From Eledone cirrhosa (taxonomy: Eukaryota), in NCBI GenBank assembly GCA_964016885.1, contig OZ024740.1, forward strand, positions 300,328,001 to 300,392,000: a DNA stretch of 64,000 nt, written 5' to 3'. Positions 41,990 to 54,598 of the stretch are shown here, in pieces. The first letter of the stretch is position 1. Every line of letters starts with the position of its first letter. A program made the position numbers and the translations under genes. The notes below the pieces were generated by a model. The model saw only the letters and a program-made list of their open reading frames with translations. It had not been told where the DNA came from and searched no databases.

Positions 41990-43619
41990 TTATGTATGTG
42001 TGTGTGTGTGTGTGTGTGTGTGCGTGCGTATGTGTGCGTGTGTGTGTGTGCGTGTGTGTGCGTGTGTGCATGTGTGTGTGTGTGTGTGTATTAAATTAAC
42101 AGATTAAAGTTTAAGCAAAGAATCGCTGCTTTCATTATTAACGGGCTCTTCTGAAACTCGGATTTTAGTCTTCACAGTTATTATTATTACTATATATATA
42201 TATATATTTACTTATTAAAAACCACATCATAAGCCCGGATTGGGAAGTTTACTTCCGCGAAATCACTATACCTATTTTTACGGCCCAGTTTCATAATCCG
42301 AATACAATTGAAGACCTATAAGAGAACAGGATTTTGGTGACACAGAGAATAGAAGTTACAACATACAGGACCGATTGTGATTCGGAGATGTCTCGCCGAT
42401 TCTGTGTTATTGTAACGGCAAGTGATAATATTTTTAGTTTATGTTACCTTGGCTGGCTCACTTTTACCACCAGAGGTATGTCTTCACATTCCTATATGAA
42501 ATTATTCTTTATAATTAACATTTCGAATCTTACGCAAACATCATCTGAATGACCCCCTCCCCCACCATATATTTCACCCCATGAATATTCAAATAAATAG
42601 AACTTCTTGAATTAATCTTACCAGTTAACACTCCCATGCGTTACATCAGTTCAGCGTCTATTCTCTCCAGAATATTATACTTTTATTTGACACCAAACCA
42701 ATCTACAAGATTATCTTGTCAACTCCTGAGCACATTCTATAACAACGATTCATACATTTACCGATCGCCACTATATTCCTCATTCTATCCAAACCTAAGC
42801 ATCCGCAATTACTTCTTTGTTATCTGTGAGTTTTAAGAACGTGTCAGCAAAGTCATTATGGGCAACAGGTTACTCCTAAATTACGTAAGGCTCATTGTGC
42901 ACCGCATTGAATCACATATGTCTGCCCAGTTGACAAGGGCATATATGATATATGCAATCGGATAGCGAACGTATAAATATCTTCTCTCTCACTTGAGAAT
43001 AACTCGGTAGATTTATACCTGTCGTATGCTCACGTCACCCAGCTTTAGGAATCACTTCATCTGCATCAGCTCTCAAGATATTTCTGATAGTGTCTAGTAT
43101 CTGTTTGCACCTGCATATTAGAAAACACCTAACGCATATTTGCATCTCCATTATACTTTCGTACATTTTGATCAAACAAAATCCAATAACAATCCTGTTA
43201 TTATCCACTGGTACTTCGATTTATAGTTTGAAGTAATGTAATACTATTTATTTCAGCTGTGAACGCAATTATTCAGTTGTGAAGACATCACGCCGCTGGT
43301 TTGAGTTCAGCAACTGAACTGATTTCCTCTTAAATTTCTCTACAGTGAGAATACCTCCTATTTTAGATTCCTTGGTTTCATTTAAGCGTATACCACGCTG
43401 CTACGTCTAAGTATTAATTTCTCACCCCACATTCACCACAAACATATCTGCACACACATCTCTACATCTTCAAAAGATAAATTGATATCCCTAATATTTT
43501 ATTAAGAATATCCGACACTCCCACGAATATGCATCTAGGTACCTTCAAATTAATTCACCGGCTCTTTACAACTTCCAAAAATGTAACAACATCCACCGGT
43601 TTTAAATCAAGGAACAAAA

Positions 43620-43890
43620 TCACCGTGAGAACATTCACGCCAACATATAACTCAATTTTTCAAAACACAGCCTCTTCATTAAAAAATATTACTATACGGT
43701 ATACCTTTATTGTAATAGTCATCTTCAAAGCTATTGGAAGTTGTAGGAAAATATTATTAATGTTGAGTTATATATTCCTTTTCTTTCATGACAATTTTCG
43801 CAGAAAAATGGTCTTCTGTCTAAATTTCCAAACATCACCAATTTTACAAAGTGTAATGTGGTTTCATACATATTTGTCCGGTATTTCGCC
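43620..43890 (-). pseudogene. Possible very old Helitron PIF1-helicase remnant
   Basis: Minus-strand fragments TTLHFVKLVMFGNLDRRPFFC and LQLPIALKMTITIKVYRIVIFFNEEAVF*KIELYVG loosely follow 'LKVG.PVMLLRNLD...LCNG' and 'QFPIRLAFAMTINK...VGIYL..PVF.HGQLYVA' in the right order. Confidence 0.3.
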
Positions 43891-44843
43891 CAGAGTGAGT
43901 TACAGCATAGAAATCCACATTATTCGCATGTTATATATGATATTCTCCTGTAAAATGTCTGTTCTGATTTACAGACATATGAGCACAGACATTTCTAACG
44001 AGTGTCGCCCTTTCTCCCACATTGCTTGTAGCCCGGTACTACAGATCCCAATGCGTTATTTTTTAGTGACTAATGTGTCATTTGCATATTTTTTAGTGAC
44101 TAATGTGTCAACCACAATGCTGAATCTTACTCGTTGAACCTTTAGAATGACACATTCTAGCCAAGAATTCTTCAGCTATCCAGATAAGTCTGTTAACAAT
44201 CGTAGTTTGAATTTAGCTTCTGAATTTATCATTCTCAGTATGATTAAATAACTACAAGGTTAGGTTGTGCAAGGGTTCCTTTCTCAAGCGTAATTTGGAT
44301 TTTTTTCTTAATGCAGGAAATAAAATCAATTACCGTATGTTTAATACTATGAAATTGTTTTGTGCGAAATTAATTTTATAATGTACTCACGGGTTTCGAA
44401 TAATCGTTCCCCTTCCCGCTAATTAATTTTTCAGATTATCTTAAACTCCTCTGATCTTATTCCAACCACCACGCTTATAACATTTTGCTATCTGTATTTT
44501 TCTTTATACCTTAAAAAACATTATACAGGCAAAAAAAATTAACATTATAAGAAATCCCATACCTTATAAAATAGATAGGACGGGTTGAGGTCTCAATGTT
44601 TAAACAAGATGACTTATTCTGGTTTTTAAAGAAATCAAATGAGACAACTGGGAAAAATTACCAAATTTTCACATCATACCCCACATACACACTTTAGATA
44701 ACTATAATTTGGAACCCGAGAATTGGAATTATTTGAAAGTGTTTAAATCAGGTAATAAATGCAGAATAATTAGTAGGTGAACGATCTTCAAGACATAGAA
44801 AACAGATATTCGTTAATCATTTCATAGATCTTAAATGGAAGGA

Positions 44844-45034
44844 AATAATTGTTTCTACTTTTGGCACAATGCCAGCAATTATCCCAGTGTATTGCTGGTA
44901 CTTTATTTTATCGACCCCGTAAGGATGAAAGGCAAAGTTAACCTCGGCGGGATTTGAACTCAGACCATAAAGGGCCGTAACTCTTTGCTGATAAGCATGG
45001 CGTCCGACCATCTACCGATACTGCCAATCCACCG
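44844..45034 (-). mobile_element. SINE family A, full length
   Basis: Reverse complement of the consensus. Confidence 0.9.
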
Positions 45035-45859
45035 GGATGGAAATAATGCAAAACACGTAGATTATATTTGTAAATAGCAACATGATAATTTGAAATTAAC
45101 TAAGAGGTTTACCTAAAGTCCTACGAAGATTGTAGATGTATTATACAAAAGAACGAAACAGATCAAACTAAAATTCGTAATACTCGACGTCGGTCCGTGG
45201 CACCTCTTTCACTTTGTTAAACATTAATATTGTTATCTGAGGCTCACCGGATGAATAATGCGCTAAATTAAATACATTGTATAGCGATATATATTATATT
45301 CCAGCCAGGTTTGTTAAACATATATCACTAATATTGTTATTTGTGTTCATTCAATTCGTTTTAGTCGCTGTCGTCTCAATTCAGTATTACAATTTACAGT
45401 AAGGCAATATCTAAATTCATATTATACAGTCATTTTTACAAATGTTGAAACTTGAGAAGCAATAAATATTTCAGTTTATTTGTATCCCACATTATTGTTT
45501 CGAATGACAATAAGCTATAATGAATTCAATATCGATTTTTTTCACTGGTCATAAATTTGTAATTGTGCAGTAAAATCTTCATTTTATTCAACATTTTAAT
45601 CGTCTTAAAATTGGACCTTATTTATTTAAAGGATTTTAATAGATAATATTATATAGTCATTTTTTATAAAATTGCATAAACTTTATCTCACTTATGTCTT
45701 GGATCATTACAAAATGTAATAAAAAGTGCGCGCACTCATACTCACTCACACGCACACACACGCGTGTGAGTGATTAGTATGTATACATATATACATACCC
45801 ACACACACACACGCGTATATGACCTTGACTGATTTACAAGCCGCTACTAAGCCACCGCT

Positions 45860-47640
45860 ATCGAATGAAGCTCCTGTGAAAATGGCACTCCACATGAAAT
45901 TTCCAAATATGTTGGTCAAAATCTGGTTCGTAAATGTCTTCGGTTCTTTCTGGAAATCTGGAATGTTGAACATCTCCATTAAGACTTTACAGATGCATCT
46001 ATAATCCATCTTTTCAAGATCAAAGTAAGAAACAATCTATTTGTTACAAGTCTGATAACATCTTTCTTCTCTGTAATGCTGGTAATCAGTAAGGTACATG
46101 CCTATGTCATTCTTAACATAATTACATCCAGACTTGTTTATGACATCAAGACTAAACATTAATGTCCTTTTCGCAAAGATCGGGAGTACTATTAACATGA
46201 TCTTCTCTCTTCCCCTGGTTCCAAAGAAGGTTCATGATAATAACCAGATGCTATTTATGGTCTTTGTTGACATTACCAAAGCCTCTGACACTGTCGCTCG
46301 CAAAGCTCTCTAGAAAAAAAAACAAAAAGCTTCGCATGCCTGAAAATATGCTGAATGTCATCATGTCATTTCTTGATGGCCTAAAAGTAAGAATGATGTC
46401 AAATGGCAAATAATCTGAAACCTTATATGTCACAAACGATACGTGGTAGGTTTGTGTTGTGGCTTCTATTCTCGCTTTACATTGTTCTTCTCTGTAATGT
46501 TCGGCGACTTAAACATAGTTATCATATTTAAATTCTGTACACCAGGTGTGATATCCAACCATCAATTATTTAAGGCTAAAACGGTGGATTGGCAGTATCG
46601 GTAGAGGGTCGGGCGCCATGCTTTCCAGCATAGTTACGTCCCTTTACGATCTGAGTTCAAATCCCGCCGAGGTTGACTTTGCCTTTCATCCTTACGGGGT
46701 CGATAAAATAAAGTACCAGTAATGCACTGGGTAATTACTGGCATTGTGCCTGAAGTAGAAACAATTATTTAAGTCTAGAACACTTACACGAACAACTGTT
46801 ATTTGTGGTTTATTGTTTGCTGATGTTGCAGCATCCATCGATGTAAGGCGTTTGTTTTAACAATCTGCATTACAAGGTCAGAGGTTGTACATCAACCAAA
46901 GTCAACACCAACCAAACAATTAGAAGATGAATGCAGAGACAGCTGGTATATCACTGTTAATGGTAAGGAACTGATATATGGGAACTGAACTCCATTACTT
47001 ACCTTGGCAGCAATGTGAGCCCCTCTACATCCCTGGATCATGAGATCATCCATCACTCCTCCATAACAACCGATATCTTTGGTAAACTGCATAATCGTCT
47101 ATGGGGTGTCAGAGGTATATCCCTAAAAACGAAGGTTGCAGTTTATCGTGCAGTGGGGTCGACAACTCTTGTATATGGCTCGTAGTCATGAAAACTTTAT
47201 CACACCTACATTTATAAGCTTGATCTCTCCCACAAAACGTAGCTTCGCTCTATCTGGGTTTATGCATAATCTGATTGAGTTTCCAATAGCGATCTCTTCA
47301 GGAGGTACAACATCAGCATGGTTGTGTTATTTCTGATGCAATCCCAATTTAGAGGGGTTGGGTAATGTTATACAGCTAACATGAAGAAAATTACTCAGAT
47401 ATAAAGACGAAGTGAGTTACAATCTTAAAGCTGTTAACATACCTCTTAATTCTTTTGAAAACCGAGAACTGACTTCCATGAATATATAAAGATCATCGTG
47501 ATCTAAGATCTAACACCAAGATTCGATGACGACTTCTATCCTGCTCCACTCAAAATAATTCTGTCATCCGCAATGAATGTAACTGTATGTGTTGATAATC
47601 AACTGGAATGAAGTGCCATTTGAGGCATATACTTAAAAGA
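45860..47640 (+). mobile_element. Degenerate RTE LINE (RT region to 3' end), interrupted by a SINE
   Basis: Fragments EIWNVEHLH*DFTDASIIHLF, FRKDREY, YMVFVDITKASDTVAR, LLFADV and SLKTK..YRAV are in the RT-domain order typical of RTE. Confidence 0.75.
46582..46770 (+). mobile_element. SINE family A inserted in the RTE remnant
   Basis: TSD caattatttaag(g/t)cta(a/g)aac at 46563-46582 and 46762-46781. Confidence 0.92.
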
Positions 47641-47649
47641 TGAATTAGG

Positions 47650-48900
47650 AAGACTCTTAGTCCCTCATAAGTAGGTTTTCGACGCGGGATTCCATGATAT
47701 AAATTGACTACAACGGATATAAGTACGTAGGCATCCGGGAATCACACCAAATGAAAGAGAAGGAAATGAAAGAGCTATTATCAAAGAAATATAAACAGAG
47801 ACTGAAATTGCTTTTAAAGACAAATTAAGTCGTAGGAATAAGATACTGGCTAGCAACACATGGGTAGTTGTAATTTTAATGTATAGCACTGGTGGGAGAG
47901 GGTGGAGATGTGATGAACGTAAGGAGTTTGATAGAAAATCAGGCAAATGATGACATTGCAAGGGACTCTATACCCGAAAAGGAATTGAACCGGTTGTAAT
48001 ATATTCCGAAAGAAAGGAAGATGAGGTTTTATTAACTGTGAAATGTTTGTAAAGACTGATGAATATAATGTGTCATAGTATGTAAATAATTAAAAGGAGA
48101 GATCGATTGCAAGATTAAGAAAGATAAAGGTCCTAAACAGTGGTGAAGCAAAGGAAAGGGGAGAAAGTTATCAAGACAGGCAGAATGATACATTAAATAA
48201 ATGGAAAGAAAGCAATGTACGGTCACTTATTGCGTGAAATGCCTAGGACAGTTGACAAAATTAATAACTAGGAATGGACTAGATAAAGCGACTTGAAAGT
48301 TGAAACTGGGGCCCTTATTTTTGCAGCCCGAGAACAGACACCGAGGACGGATTAAATCAAGTTCAATATTTACAAGTCAGTGAATTTCATACTTTATAGG
48401 TTGTGTGGAGAGAAAAGTGAAACAATAAACCATATTATTAATGAATGCAATTTGCTTGCACAAAATGAGTACACGAGAGGTCACAACATTCTCAACCGGA
48501 AGGGGTTGCTGAAAACAAGAAAAAAAGTGTATCTTGTGGTATATGACGATCCTGAGGGACATTTTATCGTGGCAAGAAAAGCAGACATTGTTTTAGAAAA
48601 GACGAATAACAAGGCAATTATTGTGTATATTGCTTCACTGTGGGACCTATGGTGAATGAGAGGAAATGAGAGACAGATGAAAAATACCCAGATCGGAAGA
48701 GAGAATTCAGGAAACTATGGAGATTCAGACACGTAGAAGTTGTACCAATAGTGATAGACACACTGGGAGCAGTTTGTAAAAGGTTCGATGCATGGTTTGA
48801 GAAGGTAGGAATTACCATTAGGGCGAGATTGTTGCAGAAAACAGCTTTGCTAGGAATAGAAAGGATTCTAAGGAAAGCGTTAGAAATTTAAAGGATTGTC
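47650..48900 (+). mobile_element. R4/Dong-like RLE non-LTR retrotransposon, degenerate 3' part
   Basis: YRLCGEKSETINHIINECNLLAQNEYTRGHN (CCHC knuckle), ARKADIVL, EKYPDRKREFRKLW..VEVVPIVIDTLG and LLQKTALLG. Confidence 0.85.
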
Positions 48901-48989
48901 TATAGTGTTATGCTGCGGACGAGAGACAACTCGAAACACTACTATGGGCTGAACATGTATTCACAAAAGAAATAGGCAAGATGTTATGA

Positions 48990-49760
48990 CTAGAATATTA
49001 GGTCAAGCCAAGTCAGAAGAGTGAAAAACATTAATATCATGTTAGATAAAGAAACTGAGATAAACTTTAGATGAAATACGAACACACACAAATACTTAGG
49101 AATCAACACAGCAGACAAGGCTGAACACACACAGATGACGGAAAAGATAATAATGACATAGACGGATTAGATTACTACACTTAAAACAAGATTTAATGCA
49201 AAGAACATGGTAAGTGGCATCAATACTCTAGCGATCCAAGTAATCATCTACAGCTTTGATATTCTGAATCGGATACTAAATGAACCAGCTGGAATAGACA
49301 GAAAAGCAAGTAAAATAATGATAGCATTTAGAATAAACCATCCCCAATCAGATACAGAAAGATTATACCTACCTCGAATACAATGAAGACGTTGCCTTCT
49401 GCAGCAGGGAAACTATTATAAAATAACCACTCTATCAATACCAAAATATCTGATGAAAACAAAGGAAAGTTCATTCAAATAATAATTAAACTTAAACAAA
49501 ACCAAAAATTGTGTTCTTTCCTCTATGAAACCAACAAACTGAAAACAGAAGATAAAAAGTAATATAATTGTGAAGAAAAAGAAAACAAAGAAGAAACAAC
49601 AGACATACCATGTTAAAAGGCTGGCAAGAACAATCCTTACATGGTTAATACCCGAAACGCTGAATAGAAAGTGCACATTACAAATACACAAACACGGTTA
49701 TGAAGCATTTGGATAAAACCCGAGAATGCAGCACAAATTGAAAACCTCATCAACAGAAAC
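48990..49760 (+). mobile_element. Second R4/Dong-like remnant (post-RT region)
   Basis: KYLGI..., FNAKNMVSGINTLAIQVIIYSF...IDRKASKIM...HPQSDTERLYLPR. Confidence 0.7.
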
Positions 49761-50763
49761 CCCGCCCGCCGGTATGGTAGAGAATTGTAATTATTTGAGC
49801 AGGTTTGTTAGAAATGTACCCACTTTTTCACTCTCTGCTATACCCTCACTGATTCAGTACACCTTTAAGATACCGTTAAAGTCGGCCACTGACAACGGCA
49901 AATAGTTGGAATATAGATCTCCGGACACCTGAAGAAATCAAACTGTGCTGCCCTAGTCGGGGTATAGATGGCCAGAAACCAGAAGGCATGTCTTTCGCAG
50001 GTCACTAAATCTAACACTAACAACTTAGCATTGGGTCCAGGGAGATATTCCTATTGTGAGATGCAAGCCTTTCCGGAACAACAGAGTGAATCCACCTTCC
50101 GATTCTTGATTCTTTGGAGATGCATCCGTATCCTAGTCACTGAACACGTGTGCGAATCCATATGCTTCAGAGGTTCTGCTTTCACTGATGGTCACACCAT
50201 TTATCTTCAGAGAGTAGGGATCGTTGAAAGGGTGACACTTCTCGACCAGGTTCTTTTGTTGGCACATGCATGTCTGTATTGTCTATCATGATCTAAAACT
50301 GACCTACAGAGCTTTAATATTGACCATAATCATCCACCTGATATTTTTCTAGAAGGGACTGCTAGAACTCTGTCGATATACTGAGCCGCCCCCAAGGGCA
50401 TCGCTGTGCATACATACTATTATTACGATTGTGTTGTTGAGATGATAAAGTGCCTGGTGCTTTTAGCAGTATTCTAGTTGAAAAAACAAATTCGAGAGAA
50501 AGGATTTAAATATGAATACGCTAAACATCGACATTATAAATTGCAGCTTCAAAATCCTAAATTGGACATTAAATAAACTATAATTTTAGACACAAAATAG
50601 CCCCCCGATCACATACATATAGAGATAATGTATATTTATTTAATATATTATCTGGCATCCCTTCGATCAGGTAAATTACAGTTACAATTGATGATAAAAT
50701 AAATAATTTTAAGGGCTTACTATTTAATGTAATAGCTTAATTATAGTAATACACGTGGTAAAT

Positions 50764-51125
50764 TTCTTCTTCTTCTTCTTCTTCTTCTTCTTCTTCTTCT
50801 TCTTCTTCTTCTTCTTCTTCTTCTTCTTCTTCTTCTTCTTCTTCTTCTTCTTCTTCTTCTTCTTCTTCTTCTTCTTCTAGGAAGAGAATCACCAGAGACA
50901 CCACTCCCAGAGGGTCATCTCAGAAGCACCCGTCCGCAGATCATCCTGCTGGATCCACAAATAACACCAACTGGGTTTATAGATGTTATCCAACCTTCTT
51001 GCACACGGTAAACCTCTAGGCCTCCTGCTTTTCCACGTTGACCGTAAATGCGGTGACTCTTTCCTTTGCATTCTAAATGCATGTCCATAGTACTTGAGCT
51101 GTAATCTATCAATTCAGAGAAGACC
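50764..51125 (-). mobile_element. RTE-clade LINE 3' fragment with (GAA)n tail
   Basis: IDRLQLKYYGHAFRM...RRPRGLP..RRLDNI, with (TTC)n at 50764-50878. Confidence 0.72.
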
Positions 51126-52739
51126 TAGTCATTGTAAAACCTGAATTTAAAATTTATGTTATAATTAAAACGTTTTCTATTTTGTCTCGTTTAATTTTGT
51201 TTTCACCATACAAATAGCTGGAACATTACCATTTTAGAAAGTTACGTAACCGTATATTATCTATTCTCAGACATAATGTAAACACAATAACATTTATTCT
51301 ATTGAATAGTCGTTAATCTAGTAACTTGCCTGTTTTATTTTCACAGACATTTTAATAGTTAAAAGGATATATTTAAGTCTAATCTATAGGACTTACATAT
51401 ATCTTTCCTAAAATATGTTCTTTGTGCATGTATAAATAATTAGTAGCTAACACGTTAAAATATTAAAAAAGTAATGCGTAATAATAACTTTCATTTCTAT
51501 TCTGATTAAAAGTCTAAAAAGATTAAGTAGCATTTTGTTCGATGGATACCAGCATATAATTTTGAATTAATTTATCTAGTGATTAAATTGGCTCTTTAAT
51601 ATCTATCAAATATTATATAAAACTTTATTTATTATAGTAAATTCCAAATCCACATAGAGACATTGAAAAACTAGAAGAATTTATATTATATATCTCAATT
51701 GTTTTTAGTATTTAAAGGGAATTCCCATTGAGGTGCAAATGTTTCGAAAGCCTTCATTCTCTCCGTCAGCCAATCCAATTTGGCTCACCGTAAAACCATA
51801 TTGTGTTTTTTCTGCTATTATTATGTTTTAAAGTTTGAATTTTTCTTCATTTGTTATACTGTTAAACATTTTGTTTATTTCTTACTCTGGCAACAGTTTA
51901 AACTTTATTCTGCTACTTGGCCGTCCTCACATTTCCATTATTTGAGTTCGAAATCTGTTATTACTGACTTTGGCTCTGAGAGTTCTCGGGGCTTTGCTAT
52001 TCTTCTGTCTTATTCACTATTCTCTTTAAATTTTAACCTGATTTGTTTTATTACATTATTACTACATGAACTCATATACTACTGGCCGCGAGTAATTTTT
52101 ACTTTCAATTATCTCGTTTTCTCTATCTGTATTCAATATTTATACATTTGTTCAAATTGTTATCATAACCTTTATTTTGTATTCTATATATAGAAATCAT
52201 AATTAGTATTATTCCTGCTGGCGAATTTCGAATATATATAGTGTTTGATCCCATAAATTGACAGAAATAATGTTTGAACTATCCGCTTCCGGTAAAATTA
52301 TTTTTAAAGTATTTGGTCTGTAATATGGTTTATTCACATTTAGAGTATGGAAGAAATATATTTCCACATGTTTCTAAGTATACACACTAGAGTAAACGTT
52401 TGGTGGAAACATCCATAGGTAAGAGCACTAAGTCCTGTTATAAAAACAAAAATGTCCTCCAGTGTTTGATTCTGATTTCTTTTTTGATTATTATTTGAGA
52501 GTTCTAAGTAAAGTAGGAGATTTTGAAAATAGTTATGAATAGCTATATATAATGAACATTATTAGATAGGATCAAGTGGAGTAACTATTCAAAAACTAAA
52601 ATCAAGAGACGGGAAATATTTGCTTAGTTAACTCGAAGAATCCAAATTCCTTGCCACACAAATTAGTTAGTGATTCAAAGGAAATATATCCCTTTACATT
52701 AAAAGTAATTAGTGAGGTCTATACCTTTTACAGAGAATA

Positions 52740-53140
52740 TACTTCGTTTCGTGCTGACTGTGGCTAAAGCAATCAGCGTGTATTTAAGCAGCGTTTATCT
52801 AAAGCCAGTTATGAGAGTATATTCATTTTTTTCCGAGTTACAAAGGCCGCAAAATCCCGTTAACGTAGGCGTAGATTATTCTAATAAACTTCATTTGATG
52901 GAAGAATGTGTGCTGTTATGTTTAATGCTCCATACATGGTTTCCGAAGTGGGTGGGATGTTTCTTGTGATGATGTCTAAAAGTTGTTTCATGGTTCAGGT
53001 ACCGGTTTTTTCAACCGGCTCTTGGGACATTCCGATATGCGTCCTGGCAGTTTGGTAGTTCTGCTTGGTGGAGGAAACTTCTGCTTGATATACTACTGCC
53101 TGGGTGTTGCGGAAATGTCTCTGGACTTCTGCATTTTACG
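52740..53140 (-). mobile_element. Penelope-like GIY-YIG endonuclease remnant
   Basis: Minus strand: QAVVYQAEVSS...THIGMSQEP / RYLNHETTFRH...GNHVWSIK...CGLCNSEK...LLNTR, with a frameshift near 53010. Confidence 0.82.
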
Positions 53141-53399
53141 GTGATGTGAGTTTTAACGATATTAGTAAACGAGTAGCCTATTTTCACTGTATGGTAGTTG
53201 AATATCTGTCGGTATTTATTAAATTTTATGTTATTTCATTTTAATTTATTTCATTTTATTTTAGTAAATAACACTACATCATATGAGAAAAAAGAATGCA
53301 ATGTAAAATAAGAAAATATAAAAAGAAAACGGGAAAGGAAGGAAAACGCAAGGACTCTAATGTCACAGAAGAATGGGAAGGTGAGGTTGATCGGGCTAG

Positions 53400-54030
53400 G
53401 GTTTGGCGGTAATAGTGCTGCTTCCCGTGGACAGGACGCCAAAAGCATTTCCGCGGATAATAGCGAACATCACCCGCTGAAACAGCCACCCCACCACGTG
53501 GGATCCTTCCTCAGAAGGGCCGCTGGCGTTCCGATGTTACGGAGGCGCTCGCCAGTACAGGGTTCAGGTATGCCTGAGGTCTCGACGGTGACCGGGGAGA
53601 AGAGGAAGCGGTTAAGGTTAACGTGAGGTTCCGACGACGACCGGTGCGAAGAGAAACCGGGTAGGGATAGCGTGAGGTCTCGACGGTGGCCGGTACGAAG
53701 AGGAAGTGGCTGGACAACGCCCGGTAATTTTTAGCTTCCTTTCCTTTACATAGCGGATCGCGGTACCGAGTTTTGTGGTCGAAGCCATTATGTTGGAGGC
53801 GGAGAACGTGTCACCACATATGGCGTCCCACAAAAATGACCAACATCCTTCGAATGGGAAGTGGGTGATTCCATCGGGGCGCTTGCCGCGGCCGCGGTCA
53901 TGGCCCGCTGGCTGTAGTTGTAATGGGAAGCCAGCTGCTTCCAGGCTCCTTCCCAATACGTCGTTGATTGCGGCATGTCAGAGGAGTCAATCTGTTGTCT
54001 GGGGGTAAGACAGTGAGTGCAGGAGGGCAC
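53400..54030 (-). mobile_element. CRE-like non-LTR retrotransposon RLE domain fragment
   Basis: ORF 53618..53956 has KRPDGITHFPFEGCWSFLWDAICGDTFS (PD..D endonuclease core), followed by FLFVPATVETS, which is locally duplicated. Confidence 0.82.
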
Positions 54031-54499
54031 CTACTACTAGTTTATTAAAATATGTTTTAGTAAATATTATTTTATTTTATCTAAAGTTTTCTGTTATTAA
54101 ATTTAATTAGAATTAATTACATTTAATTTTATCAAATTTTAGTTTAATTTTACTTTATTGAGCTAATTTACTATTTTATTTTATTTCAAATTATTTTCAT
54201 TTTTTTCTGATATTGCTTTATTTTATTATAATTTTGTTTTATTTTATTTATTTAACTTAATTTAATTTTTTTAAATAAATTAATTTAAATCAATTTAAAT
54301 TTAATCATCGTTAATTTATTTAATTATCTTTTTTTATTTTAATTTAACTTTATTTTATTTTATTTTACTCTATTTTAATTTTTATTTTAAATTATTTTTA
54401 TTTTTTTCTTATCTATTTTATTTTATATTATTATAATTTAATTGAATGTATTTTTCTTAATTTCTAGTTTATTTTAATTAATTTTATTTTTATTATTGG

Positions 54500-54598
54500 C
54501 GTTAACTTTGCCTTTCATCCTTATGGGGTCGATAAAATAAAGTACCAGTAATACACTGGGTTATTGCTGGCCTTGTGCCAAAAGTAGAAACAATTATT
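54500..54598 (+). mobile_element. SINE family A, 3' half
   Basis: Core and tail are present, inserted at attatt. Confidence 0.85.

Noticed and set aside
49760-50420. Moderately GC-rich segment, possibly a non-LTR element fragment
   Set aside because: No diagnostic motif recognised.
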